Notes: generated by a model not told the origin, from the letters alone. A stretch of 62,200 bases of DNA, filler included, from Kipferlia bialata (GCA_003568945.1; 5 parts of 5 records of this genome joined end to end with filler, not necessarily neighbours in it), one strand, 5' to 3'; shown: positions 13,828-27,428, counted from the first letter of the whole stretch. Numbers and translations are program-made.

Positions 13828-13863
<36 letters not shown>

Positions 13864-14141
13864 AGAGAGAGGTGGTTGGCTACACCTGGGGCACTGGCTT
13901 GTGGTCCTTGTCGTCCATCCTCAGCACGTGACGGGGCTCTGAGGTGCGGCTGTCCCATATCCTAGTGTAAGGGAGGGAAGTACACTTCATATCTATCTGC
14001 ATATGTACCTGATGTGTCCATCGAATGACGCCGTGGCGAGTGTTGTGGCATCACTGCTGAAGGACAGACCAGACACAGGCTGGGAGTGGGCCCTGAGGCA
14101 GCTCACCTCATGCCCACCACTCCTCACATCCCAGATACGGG
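12759..14141 (-). CDS. WD40-repeat protein, WDR5/Swd3-like, C-terminal part only
   Basis: RIWDVRSGGHEVSCLRAHSQPVSGLSFSSDATTLATASFDGHIR|IWDSRT, VAVKYSANGKYMLTAGLDSE, final exon VIATGGNDMVVKLWRVNQA*. Confidence 0.8.
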
Positions 14142-14245
14142 CTGGGGGTGAGAGGTATATACATGTGGGTATATACATAGAAGAGGACGGTTAGGGAATG
14201 ACACTCCAGATACACCCAGGAGAGAGAGAAACAAGGTACCCGAGA

Positions 14246-14246
<1 letters not shown>

Positions 14247-14280
<34 letters not shown>

Positions 14281-14283
14281 GAA

Positions 14284-14325
<42 letters not shown>

Positions 14326-14326
14326 G
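14247..14326. repeat. Poly-G tract, probable assembly junction
   Basis: About 80 nt of almost pure G. Gene identity and intron phase differ on the two sides. Confidence 0.7.
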
Positions 14327-14442
14327 CTCCAACTACCCGCTGGTATTGCATTGCAATGTTTCTGAGAGTACAGGCCATAAGAGTGTATTGTATTCGTGAC
14401 ACTAAGGGAATAATGGCAGTCAGTCCACTCTGAAAGGCCATA

Positions 14443-14748
14443 CCTGGTCCAGTGCCTCCACCCTATTACCCTCTATTACATCAGACACATCAAGGCCTAG
14501 GGGTGAGGAAGTATGCCCATTCTCACATAGAGAGAGGCACTCGTTGCCGTGGAAGAAGAACAAGTCAAGGACTATATACCTGACACCGCCCGCCAGTCTA
14601 TAGGATTGGAGGGGGGCCGAAATGAGAACGGAGGCAGTGAGCCTGGTGCTGGCTGGGGGTACGCGCCATCTGGGTCCTGAGAGTTAGTATATACACCAGC
14701 AGCAGAGTATCAAAAACTCTTACCAAATACCGCAATCATTGGAGACAT
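14443..14748 (-). CDS. 5' exons of a DZIP1/Iguana-like (Dzip-like_N) basal-body protein
   Basis: Exons read (MSPMIA)|DPDGAYPQPAPGSLPPFSFRPPSNPIDWRAVS|GLDVSDVIEGNRVEALDQ, matching the F-x-FR...[IV]DWR..S.[LI]DV..V pattern of DZIP1 N-termini. Confidence 0.6.
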
Positions 14749-15282
14749 CAGCAAGAGCCAATATACTCCGCTACACAGTATCCGCACAGAATTCATCAAC
14801 CCACTAATAATTGATCATATGGGACGCATGATCACCTAAACCATGCTCTAGCCCGCTCAACTGGTGTATCTCATTGTAGCAATAATCGACACTCATACCC
14901 TCTCAACATCCAACCGTACCTTCGTGTACTGCATCCACAGCAACACTAGTGGGCCAGACGAATAAACTAGAGTGTATGGTCTCTCTGCTAACTGGTTACC
15001 CTGTCCCAATGGCACTCACTTAAGGAGTACCAGAAGGACATCACAGGATCAGTACCAAAAATTCAGAAATGTGGCGGTGAAACTGAGGGTCCAACCTCTG
15101 ACCGTCATTCTGAGTACGTCTGCGATCGTCTCTCTGCGATCCTCGTATTGTCACTACTCAGAGCATAAGACAAGTAGAGAACCCCTCAAGTGTCCGCGGG
15201 ATATTCAATCATAGTTTCAATCCATTTCGGGAGTCGTGATTCTCACGGTGATCTATTAGGCCTAGTAAGAGACTATTACTAT

Positions 15283-16385
15283 TCATGAGAGAGCCTCCTG
15301 TACCAGGAATCCGATGAACCTACAGGCTGTGTCCGTGTAATTGTACTTGAGTCTGTAGTATACGCCTGGCTGGATGGGCACAGAGGCAGACCCGAGACCA
15401 GTGTTATACCCTGTCCCTAGTATGAGATGTGCAGGGAGAGAGAGAGGGAGAGAGACTCTCAGGGTGAGAGAATATCACAGTAGTACCTGCCCAGCGGGTA
15501 TAGGCCATCGGGAGCCATGCATCTGGGTTCTCCGGCGTGGCAATCTGGACCTCGGCCTGGCAGATGCCTAGTTCAGTCTCAACAGGCCGGACGTACCAGT
15601 TCAGAACGCCAGACCTGTCAAACTCAGTTCTCTCCTCCGAGAGGGAGAGAAGCAGCTGGTACGTGCTAAAGTCGAGAGGGAGGGCGCCTCTCTCGCCCTG
15701 TGGCCCTGTCAGACCTGGTGTGGGTACTACCCACTGGGTAGTAAGGAGGTGTGGAAATTGGAATATTAGCACATACCCGTGTCTCCCTTTGGACCTTGCT
15801 CCCCTGTGACACCGGATACACCTGTGTTGTGAGGCATTTGAAGTAGAAATGCGACGTGTAGGAGGAAGCAGGGATGTCCTGCATCATGTGCTATGGTAGT
15901 ACAGTACTATCCTACTTAGATTCCTTACCGTAAACACTATCAGCTACAAACGGACCAAATACCTGTGTCTCCCTTCGGTCCAGCCGCTCCTGCAGGGCCA
16001 ATCACTCCTGAGGTGAGATTCTCACCTGGATTCTCCCTGAAAATCCATCCTGGTAAGTGGCTATATTGTCACAATGTGAGGCTACACACAATGGCTACAC
16101 GCTACAATCATCACACTCACCTGGGTCTCCCTTAGGTCCAGTCTCTCCAGGTGGACCGACAGTTGTCTGTGCGAGCTGGTACGCTATGAATCCGAGGATA
16201 AGGCACCCAATAGAGAGGAGAACAATGGCAATAGTGGTCGGTGTGACATAGAAGCCTTTCGAGACAGGCTTCTCTAGCCCACGTGGCCCACTGTGTTGGT
16301 GAATTGAGGATCCATGAAACTGCAACTCTACTGCACCCAGTTGAGGGGCTGGAACCACTGACGTGTCTTGTGGGAAGTCATACAT
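15283..16385 (-). CDS. Type II transmembrane collagen-like protein (18 Gly-X-Y triplets plus C-terminal globular domain), 5 exons
   Basis: Exons 16385-16121, 16007-15963, 15821-15777, 15714-15487, ~15416-15283. TM segment IAIVLLSIGCLILGFIAY, then GPP GET GPK GDP GVI GPA GAA GPK GDT GVS GVT GEQ GPK GDT GLT GPQ GER GAL. Confidence 0.85.
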
Positions 16386-16707
16386 TCTGAAGGAGAGTAC
16401 CTCGACTGTCGAGGCTCGACAATAATATGGTCGATTGTCTAGCAGTGCAATAGGGGTGTAGCACGGTGTCGGTTCATTAGGGTCTGACCATCAGGTCCTG
16501 GGCTGTTTCACCGGGTGAAATTCACCCCACTGACTTTACCACAAGTAATAATTGACGCCAGGGTCATTCAACAACTCTGTCTGACTTTGGAGTCAGCTGT
16601 CTTCAGTGGAGACTCCACCAAGTCAAAATGTCAAATTATCTCTATTCTCTCTGATCTTACAATCACTATCAATGCACTGATATACATCGAAATAATGCAC
16701 AGACGCA

Positions 16708-17752
16708 TTACTCCTCGTCCTCAGCAGCCTCAATATCAACATCACCGGAGGTGGTGATCTCAACCGCCTGGTATTAGAACTGAGAGGAAGAGCTGAAGAC
16801 AAAACGAGATAGTATTATCAACCCGGATCTGGAAGTGACTGAAGAGAAGAATATGTGTATAGACCCATACCATAAATGAGCAGCTGTTGAGGTCGCTACT
16901 TCCGAAGGCATCGGAGGAAAGGTAGGAGAACTCGGTGAAGTCCTCGATGACGATCTGAGGATCAGAGGGAGAGAGATAAAATGGGATGTATATAGAGTAC
17001 ACATCTTCCCCATCTCCTGGTCGGTGCCTGTACATATATTAATGTAATATACAACTATACTATATATATATATATATACTACACACCTCCTGGTCGGTGC
17101 CTGTCTCCACGATGTACCCACACACCGTGTCAGGCATGTCAATGGCAGCCTCGATGTCACCGGCAGTGGTGAGGGTCACCTGGGGGTGAAAAGAGGGGAG
17201 AGATAGAATGTATGGACACAAATATATATATGTATGGATGTAGTGTGTGTGTCCCTATACCTTGTCATCTCCGTCAGTCTTGAGGAGGGCATCGGTGTAG
17301 ACATCTCCTGTGGACACGAGGGTGAGCACAGCAGAGGACTGGGGGTGAGGGGAACTGTGTCTGTCTGATAGAGATAGCCACCATACACAGAGGCCCATAC
17401 CTCCATGGAGATTGCTGTGTCACAGTCCTCTGTGAAGACATTGATCTCACCGAAGAGAGCAAGGTTGGTGTCGATGAGCATGGCAAGACCAGACTGGGGG
17501 TGAGGGAGAGAGTGACAGAGAGAGAGAGAGAGAGAGAGAGAAATATATATATATCAATAATGCTCACCTCCTCCACCTCGTACCCTCCTAGCTGGCCTCC
17601 GGCAGTCATCTGCACCTTGAAGGTCTTTTCATTCTGGGGGTGAGAGGGTGGGATAGAGGTCCAGTATGAGATAATAGTGTGCACTCACCCTGGTGGCGGT
17701 ATCGTCCCCAGCCCCGTCCTCCCCAATGGCCATGAAGACACAGTTGGCACAC
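16708..17752 (-). CDS. Multi-exon acidic hypothetical protein, 3' part (5' end cut by contig edge)
   Basis: In-frame exons with canonical splice sites, e.g. NEKTFKVQMTAGGQLGGYEVEE, VTLTTAGDIEAAIDMP, final AVEITTSGDVDIEAAEDEE*. Confidence 0.6.
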
Positions 17753-17900
17753 CTGGGGTAGGGGGATGTGTATATAACAACGGATAGGACAAAGGGAGAG
17801 GGACCGCACGCATCACACAGTACCCTATGCATGCACCACACCGCCACCCACCTGATGTTGACGTTGACGTCAGTATCAGTATCAGTATCAGTATCAGTAT

Positions 17901-18000
17901 NNNNNNNNNNNNNNNNNNNNNNNNNNNNNNNNNNNNNNNNNNNNTTAATTAATTAANNNNNNNNNNNNNNNNNNNNNNNNNNNNNNNNNNNNNNNNNNNN
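17901..18000. other. Artificial contig spacer
   Basis: 44 N + TTAATTAATTAA (stops in all six frames) + 44 N. Confidence 0.97.
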
Positions 18001-18009
18001 CCCCCCCCA

Positions 18010-18047
<38 letters not shown>

Positions 18048-18106
18048 GGGAGAAAGATACTGGAGTAGGTTTTGAACATATATACACACTACCACCACAT
18101 ACATTC

Positions 18107-21100
18107 CCCTGTAGTATATCTTGGACACCCTGAGCTCCTGTGCGGGTGACTCCCCGCACTGTCCATCCCCACTGTCACTCTCGGGGTCTGTCTGCTGGCA
18201 TAGCGGCATGGGGGGGAGGGCAACGGGGTGGAACACGAGGGCATTGGCCTCAATCCTGGCGCCCAGGTACCCAAAGATGTAGGTCTGGGGGTGAGATGGG
18301 GTGAGGAAGATGCATACATGTGCATACATCCTTGTGTACCTGAAGGAAGTCCCCGGCCCCTGTGATGAATGGGGTGTGGCCGTACACATCGGCCTTCTCT
18401 GAGGGGTGAGAGGGTAAGAGCAGACTTCCAACGCAGACACCAGGCAACATACACTGTACACAACACACCACGTCCATACCTGTCCATGTGTAGAAGGGTC
18501 CCCTGAGGTGGTCGTAGTTGGCCTGCCACACGTCATCAGCCTGGGTGTTGGGGTACATACAGAGGGGGTATATATAGTATATATAGTATATATAGTATAT
18601 ACCATACAAGACCACTAGTCCCACTCTAACCCACCTTGTCAACTGCGTACTCTGAGTGCCCCTGCTGCTGGGTGTCGCCATCTGCCAGGGAGGCAGCAAG
18701 ACCCAGCCAGGCATTGACGTAGAAGGCATCACCTGAGTGAGGAAGAGAGAGCGAGAGATATACATTGACACTTACTGACCCTAGAGGCATCAGCTGACAG
18801 ATAGCAGAAAAGGCATGACGGATAAGAGTGGCACAATGACACAATACACTACTCCCCCCTCACCTGTTAGGTAGCCTGTGCCCCAGTTTGTCCACTCTGT
18901 GTAGTAGTCAATGTCACACTCGGCAGTGGTCACATTCATGCTGGGGGTGAGGGGGTACTACACGATACATACCACGAGATTGCCAATACCTAGGGTATCC
19001 GAGTGGATACTGCAGCAGCACCACATCACACTGCCGAATCAGGTGTGGCTCCTCTATGAACCCATCGTACTCTGGGTGCAGGGCAAGGTCGCTGGGGTGA
19101 GGGGGGGGAGGGGCTCGATATACTATGCAGCTGATATTGGCCTGTAAATGAACTGTATACTACCCTACCTGTCAAAGGGATAGTACATCCTCTGGGCAAT
19201 GTCAGTCCAGGTGTCGAGGTCGGACTGGGGTCAGGGGAGTGTAAGGTGCAAGGCTATCGAGTTCAATATAGGGGTACATATATCTTGGGTATCTACACAC
19301 TCCATCTGTACCTGGTTAACCCCCTGGTATCCTGTGAGGTTGCAGATGTCCACGATGAAGCCAAGGTTGACTGCAGCCACAGCATTGGTGTAGACGGAGT
19401 TGTCTGGAATGAGTGACGTGAATTAGGATATATACAGAGAGGCCGAAGTATGCGCATAACACTCAATATCAATATATACATGATATAGCTCTACACTCAC
19501 CCACGTGGAGGCTGCTCTCATCTGGGCACTGGACATCTAGGATGGTGTACAGAGACATGGTGGAGTTGAACACAGCTGGGGTAAGGAGGGAGAGTCCGTG
19601 CATCGGCATGAGACACTGTCAGTACCACTATCAAAGGGTGTCACAAGGCAAGCACTCACTTCTGCTCTCCCAGTACCGGGCTGTGTCCACCAGCCAGTCA
19701 ATCTGCTGTGTGAGCCACTCTACGTCACCTGGGGGGTGGGACATACATAGGTACAGGAAGGGGTTGGTCATGTCTCTACCGTGTCATGGTTGTATTTACC
19801 TGTCATCTCGAAGGCCTGCTTGACGGCAAACACAATGTCTCCAGTCACATGCACCTCCAGGGTGCCCTGAGGGGTAGAAAGGGGGAGAGAGAGAGAGAGT
19901 ATACAGAGTCCTTCCCTCACCTCTGGGTTACCGTCGGGGGTACACTCCACGCCAGAGTAGGCACTCTCCCAGGGGAACACAAGGCCATCTGGGGGTTCAG
20001 AAGGGAAGTGCAAGACAGTAGTATACATACCACTGAGAAGTCGTTCAGATGTATATGCCTACCGTACCGTATCCGAGGTTGTGTGCCTTGAGCCGTGCCT
20101 GGGATATGCGCTCACTATCCATCCTGGTGGTGAGTGGTGCTTATAGACATCCATATACATGGATATACTATACATCATACCCCTCATACCTGTACTCGAG
20201 CATTGAGAGACCCATCTCTGGACTGATGAACATGAAAGTGGGGAAGATGTGGGTCTCCTGGTCCTGGTACAGTGAGGGGGGTATGGGATAGGCATACACA
20301 TGTAGTGCTATACATGATACACTCAGATGGAGTCCACGCACCCAGAATGTGTGTCCGTTGTACATGTTGTTGGTGAGGCCACCCGGGGACAGGCCCTGGG
20401 GCTCATCGTGCCTGGGGGTAGATATGGAGGGGGGGGGGGGTAACATGGCACAGATTGATTGGATGTAGCAGAGAGAGAGAGAGAGAGTACCTGAGGCCTG
20501 AGAGGATGTAGTACACAGCACTCATGCTGGTGCGGGACAGGAACTGAGAGCCATCTAAGGGGTCAGTCGGGGTATGCAGCGAAGACTATCCTGAATAACA
20601 TACAATATATATACATATACAAACACCCACCCTGCTTGATTGTGATTCTGGCACTCATGATGTCATTCCACACCTGGGGCGTAAGGGCAGAAGGTACAGA
20701 CAGTATTATATGACCATATATTTACACATATGCCTGCACCTGTGTGTGTGTGCTGTAGAGCGTGTCTCTGTCTGTGTATGTGCAGTGGGTGTATGCCTCA
20801 AGGGCACTCTCAGCAGGGGTCAGAGAGCCACTGGGGGGTTAGGACATACTACATACTACATGTATTGATTTGTATCACTATCACATATATAATGCATCCT
20901 ACTATACCTGGTGAGCATCGTGTCCACACTGAGGGTGAAGCGGGTGTACTCGCCGGGTGTCACCTCTATGGTGTCGGGTATGACCGGGACAACAAGGCCA
21001 AACTGAGGATGAGACACACTGATAGAGTATATGCATGGGTGTATATGCATGGATATAGAGCCCCACCTCCTCAATCCCTGACCCCTCTGTCTCCTCTGTC

Positions 21101-21676
21101 ACAGTGTGACATGTGTACAGGTCATACGTAGGGGTGTGCTCAACCTGGGGTGGGGCATATTTCATAGGTGGAGAGAGAGACAGAGAGGGATACGTCCAAG
21201 GAGGGTGTCTGATATCAAACTGGGCGTGCACTGTGAATACATACACTCAGTGAGAGAAATAGTTACCTACCTTGGCCACCACCACATCTCCACTCTCGAT
21301 GTCATCCCCTATGAAGGGAGAGAGAGAGACAGTCACGGGGTTGATGGGGGCACAGGCACCGGAGGGGCATGTGAGACCGATCTCCATGACAAGGCACTGG
21401 GGGATGGTCTGGTGGGCTATCCTGGGGTGGGCTCTATATACACATGAATATATAAATGAATAAATTAATACAAACACATATATATATATAATGACCACAG
21501 ATAGAGTAGAAGTGGGAGAGTGTATGACGGATGTCTATGCCGTACCATGTCTGCTCCAGCACATATCCCTCATAGGCTGTGCCTTCGTCCCCGGTGTAGC
21601 GCCTGATGACCTGGAGGTTAGAGTATATGGTGATACTGACACCAGCACCGTCATCACACAACCTATGTACATCTAT

Positions 21677-21707
<31 letters not shown>

Positions 21708-21813
21708 CATCCACCCGTACCAGTCCGTTGACCATGTCTAGGGCTGTGCCGCAGTGGGACATCTCAGGCATGGTCACATTCACATTGAGGTAGGGGGGGA
21801 TGCGGGCCCTGAG

Positions 21814-21850
<37 letters not shown>

Positions 21851-21908
21851 CAGTCACCTGTGGCTGGGTGTACTTGTGGCTGCACCGTTGAACAGACCGG
21901 CCACATAC
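18107..21908 (-). CDS. Glycoside hydrolase family 65, PGGHG/ATHL1 (acid trehalase-like), multi-exon, both ends missing
   Basis: YVAGLFNG..HR|ARIP, GLSPGGLTNNMYNGHTFW|DQETHIFP..MLEYR, FPWESAYSGVECTP, EVHVTGDI, QCPDE..V|DNSVYTNAVA, HPEYDGF..IRQCDVVLLQYP, FITGAGDFLQ|TYIFGYLG. Confidence 0.9.
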
Positions 21909-21910
21909 AC

Positions 21911-21959
21911 TGGGGGGAGAGGGGGGAGGGGGGGGGGGGGGGGGGGGGGTATGGGGGGG
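21911..21959. repeat. Poly-G tract, probable assembly junction
   Basis: The divergent genes on both sides lack their first exons. Confidence 0.6.
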
Positions 21960-21987
21960 AAAAGTGGTGCCTCCACAGTCTCCTCTG

Positions 21988-22025
<38 letters not shown>

Positions 22026-22178
22026 CATATACACCACTTACTCTCAGGTGCCTCCACAGTCTCCTCCCCTCTGTCTCTCTTTCTCTCTCTCTCTCTCTGT
22101 CTCTCTCTGTCACACTTACCTTCCAATCCCCTTCTTATCCCCATGTGGCTCTTTGCACCACATCCAGACTCTCTCTTT

Positions 22179-22218
<40 letters not shown>

Positions 22219-22304
22219 ATTACCATGCTAACGTCAGTACATCCCTCCATCATATCCAGGCTGTCTCTCTCTCTCTCTCTCTCTTCCTCTCTCCCTTACC
22301 CCCA

Positions 22305-24194
22305 GGTGCATCCCTCCACCATATCCAGGCTGTCAAGGACCTGGCCAGACATGCCCCAGACGGACTCATACACGTCATCATGATCAGTAGGTATCTAGTC
22401 ATCGAGGAGATTATATACATAAACTCTATCTCCCCTCTTAGCCTATGGAGTGTTATATTGCATGGTTGGATACATTACCATGTGTAATAGCGATACTGCG
22501 TATGTGATTCATGGCCTACCCTCTAACCTCCTAGGAACAGGCACACATGGATGGAGCTATATATATATATATATATATATATATAAGTACGATGATGTTT
22601 GTACTGTTGTGGTATTCATCAACTATCACACCTCTTACCCCCCTAGGACCAGGTACACATGGCTGGATGGGGGTGTGCTGGGATACCTCAAGGGGGACCT
22701 CGACATCTGTCAGGTATGCTGACTCACTCTCTCTCTCTCTATATATATATATATTAATATATATATATATACACTTTGTATAAAGAGCGACCTCGACATC
22801 TGTCAGATACGTGGATTATCTCTCTCTTTCTCTCTCTCTCCCTCTACACATATATATAAATGTATTAAGGGGGACCTCGACATCTATCAGGCACGTGGAT
22901 TTTCTCTGTCCCCCTCACCCCAGTCCCGTATCGATGTGAGTGCCTTTGCAGGGTGGGCAGGGGCCAGGCTCATCATAGGGCAGGTATCTATGTATATACT
23001 ATACTCGATACGCAATGTGCTAAATATAAATATATATATACTGATATTATGCATCATTATACATGTCTATGAAGGGTGGGCAGGGGCCAGGCTCATCATT
23101 GGACAGGTATCTACTTATTCTCTTCCATATACACGTGCAGTATATAAGTGGATACTGATAGTGTGATGGTAACACCTGTCAGTGTAGGATGGGCAGGCTA
23201 GGCTATCATTGTTCTGTACATTAGTGATTGTATGTATTTCTGAACATTTTATCGCCTTCCACTCTTCCCCCAGGTCGTTCTATGTAATGTTTACCCATAT
23301 GTACCTATAATCCTTGTGCTCTTTCACCCCAGGTGTCCCACATTGACTTCCATCGAATAGTTTACAGTATTAGTTTAGTGTGGAGCTATGTATTCGTTTG
23401 TGTATATATGTATTCTCCTTTCACCCCAGGTGTCCCACATTGACTTCCACAGACAGACTGTGCAGATCATCACATCCGGTGTAGGTGGGGCATGGCTCTC
23501 TCTCTCATGCCACGCATACACACTCTCTCTCATGCCACGCATACACACTCTCTGTAGTAACTACGAAACCACTGCATCCCCCCGAACTCTCTCTCTCTCT
23601 CTTTACATATATCTTTCCACTAGACCCCACTGCCTCGCCCCCGTCCCAAAAGACCCCCCCCCCCCCCTCTCTCTCTCTCCATTTTCCTATTGTTTCCTAT
23701 TCTGTATCGTTCTAACCACTAGACCCCACTGCCTCCCCCCCGTCCCCCCAGGCCCCAGGAGTGACAGACCCAGATGCCCATGACACACTGCTCCCACCCC
23801 CTCTGCACTACGACGTCATATCTGTGGGGCCAGGGTATGTATCCATGCATAGAGTATATGTGTGTATGGTATGTATATATATACATTCCTATCCCTCTGC
23901 ACTACGACGTCATATCTGTGGGGCCAGGGTATGTTTTATATGTGTGTAGTTATATGTGTGTATAGTATATATATATATTCCTATCCCTCTGCACTACGAC
24001 GTCATATCGGTCGGGCCAGGGTATGCATTTATTATATGTACACACTATTCATATTACTATATGTGTAGATATGCCTATTCTCTCTGCACTACGACGTCAT
24101 ATCAGTCGGGCCAGGGTATGGACATGTTATTGTATTGTATATGTGAATATATAGTAGATGCTCATAGTACTACATGTATCGGATTCTGCCTCCA

Positions 24195-24225
<31 letters not shown>

Positions 24226-25125
24226 CTCTTCCCCACTGTATATATTTATGTGTGACACCAGGCCGGCCTTTGCGACCCCTCCCTACCAGATGCACATGCA
24301 CATGCAGCTAGGAAGGGAGAGAGAGAGAGATACAGAGATGGGGGACACCCAGAACCCACTCTTCTCACACAGGAGGAGGGAGAGAGAGAACCCCCTCTTC
24401 AGGTGGATAATTACATATATGTATTATGTACACCTTATGATAATTAGTGTATGTATTCTAACACTCAGGGAGATGACAAGACAGCAGCGGGAGAGAGAGA
24501 GAGAGAGGGCCAAGCAGAGAGACAGGGAGAGAGAGAATGATCTGCTGGACCTGACAACACTGCCAAGGGTATGTGGTATATTATATATACTTATATACGT
24601 ATACACACACATATATATATGGATGTATATATATATGTGACCTGCTGGACCTGACAACACTGCCAAGGGTGTGTGGTACTGTCATATCTACCTATGTATA
24701 GCAAAGAGGTGGTGTATTGGCTGTCTAGAGCAGGCAAGTATTCAAACACACACATATATATAGCTGATAATTGCGTACATTTATATAACTGATATTTATA
24801 CATTATTAGTATATCTCTTCCCTCCTTGGTATGTATTTCTGATACGTTCATGCATTATATATCTCTCCAGGCCTGTATCTTTGGCGATGCAGACAGACTC
24901 CTCAGCCACCTGTGTACCCTTTCTCTCTCTCTCTCTCTCTCTCTCTCCCCCTATATATAGATATATATATATCTGAGGTCGTCACTTCCATTACTTATGC
25001 ACTAGGCATGTATCTTTGGCGATGCAGACAGACTACTCGAGTGCATAGAGAGGGCGAGGTACTGATGTACTTATATATACAATTATATTGCTATATATAT
25101 ATATATATACATATTTATTATATAT

Positions 25126-25158
<33 letters not shown>

Positions 25159-27391
25159 GGGACAGGCTCCTCGAGTGCATAGAGAGGGCAAGGTACTGAT
25201 ATACTCATGGTTTTTATATATGTATGTATATATATTGTGTTGTTTATTATATATGTATATATATATGTATATGTATATATGGTCCGAATTGTATTTCATA
25301 TATGTATATATGGCACGTTCCGATCACGTTAGTCGTTCATAAGTGGTGCTGCATACATATGTCCCTTCCTCTGTTATGTGTAGCATGAGGGTGTCTTTGC
25401 TTGATATATGTGAATGTTTGTATATGTATATATAGGTATCGATATATTCCTCCTATGCATATCCACCCCCTAGGATGAGGGTGTCTCCCTCAGCACATGC
25501 TATTTACATGCCATATACATGCATTGTCGTATATTTATGCCCCTTCCTCCTCACCCTAGGATGAGAGCGTCTCTGCCTCAATGTTATATATAAATGAATA
25601 TGAATATGTATATAGGTATAGGTATTAATATGTACATAATCGCCCTCTGACCACTAGGATGAGGGTGTCTCTGCCTGGAATGCTCAAGCCGGTGCTGGTC
25701 GAGATATACCAAGGTATGTATACAGCTATTTGTGGTATCTGACCCGTGATACTGATACTGATACTGGTCGAGATATCCCAGCTGACCCTTGACGAGGGGG
25801 GTATTGAGGGGGGATTCTGTGACATATGCCATCGGTATATTCATGTAATATTTGTGTGTCCTTCTATATGACCCTCAAGAAGAGGATATACAGATGTATA
25901 TACACATGTATATATTATTCATGGTATATATATATGTCCTTCTATATGACACTCTAGATGAGGATATACACATGTGTATGTATTATTCATTGTTTAATAC
26001 TCATGTATCTGACCCCGAGGTGAGGATGAACCAGCCCATGTCAAATACTATAGTGTGTACACGCATATGTATATATCTACATTAATACATGGCTGTATAC
26101 GCATAGGACTGACCCCCAGATGAGGATGACCCCACCCAGCCCCCCAGAGGCACACTGACAAAGCAGGGGGTGTTGGCAGGTATGGTCTATGTTGGATTTT
26201 CCAGACAGTGCATAGTGTGTTCTGTCAGTATCACTATCAGAATACTATTCTCTATGATGTGTTGAAGCATGCCGCTCGGTATGTCTTTTACCCTGCTTCT
26301 GTCTAACCCACTAGGTGCCTCTGGGGGCAGGTATCTGACCGTGGCCAGGGTTGTGATGGACTGCACCAGGTATATCAGTATATAAATATACATATACCTA
26401 TCCTGATACTGATACTTATACTAATACCAGGTATATCAGTATATATAGTATATATATCAATAATATATATAATATATACACACAATAATATATATAATAT
26501 ATAAAGATACTGATACTGATACTAAGGGTTCTGATGGACTGCACCACGTATCAGTATCTATACATATATCAATAGTTTTTATATTTACTGATACTGATAC
26601 TGATACCAGGGACAGAGACTCCTACACAGACGGTCTGTGCACAGGGGTACTCACTAGCGTCAGGTACTGTTATAGCTAGTATGATGCATGGTATATGATA
26701 CTAGTATGTGCATGTATATACATATGATACCAAGTATGAAGTATACACTCATAGACTGTGCACGGGGGTGCTCACTATCGTCAGGTATATTGGTACTATT
26801 ATGTGCTTGGCCTGTGGGCAGAGCAGGGCGTGTGAAGAAATACACTATTCTATCATATTTTCAACCTCTCTCATGTCACTTCTCAGTATCAGTATCAGTA
26901 TGCTGATACTTCTCTAACCACCCAGGCAGCGTCTTGTGAGGAGTGCTGACATCGTGCACTGTACGTTGGTCGTAAGGGGTACGGGGGAGAGACATGCAGA
27001 CGGAAGGGCAGGTATATTGGATGTATACACAATGTGTACATACAGTTGTTATGTTGTTGGTGCCATCGCAGTTAGGATCCGACCAGCGTTCTTCTTGTGT
27101 CTTGTACCCAAGTGTCATACTCCTTTCTGTTCAATGAACTTATAAGTCACCCATCTCTCACACAAGGTGGAATCTATCCTCGCACGGTCTGTACTATATA
27201 TGTAAACATTTATGTTGTGTTCGTATACCCTCTCACAGCAGGTGGTGGCGAGAAGGGTCTGTACAAGGCATGCAGAGATGCCGGTATAGTGCTGCTGCAT
27301 GACAGAGTAGGTACCTACGTCTGGTATTGAGTGTTTACCTACTAATTGGGTCATATCCATATTTGCCGTGTATTTGTCTTTGCCATTAGCT

Positions 27392-27428
<37 letters not shown>

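Noticed and set aside
17869..17900. (GTATCA)n at a contig end as a telomere repeat
   Set aside because: The same hexamer occurs as short runs inside many introns (e.g. 26400-26610, 35198-35220), so it is an ordinary microsatellite.
17901..18000. TTAATTAATTAA palindrome recurring four times as a possible biological motif
   Set aside because: Always centred in an exact 100-nt N spacer. It is an artificial six-frame-stop linker, so gene neighbourhoods across it are meaningless.
15283..21908. Collagen gene and collagen-glycan glucosidase as a physical gene cluster
   Set aside because: They are separated by a contig linker, so the adjacency is artificial.
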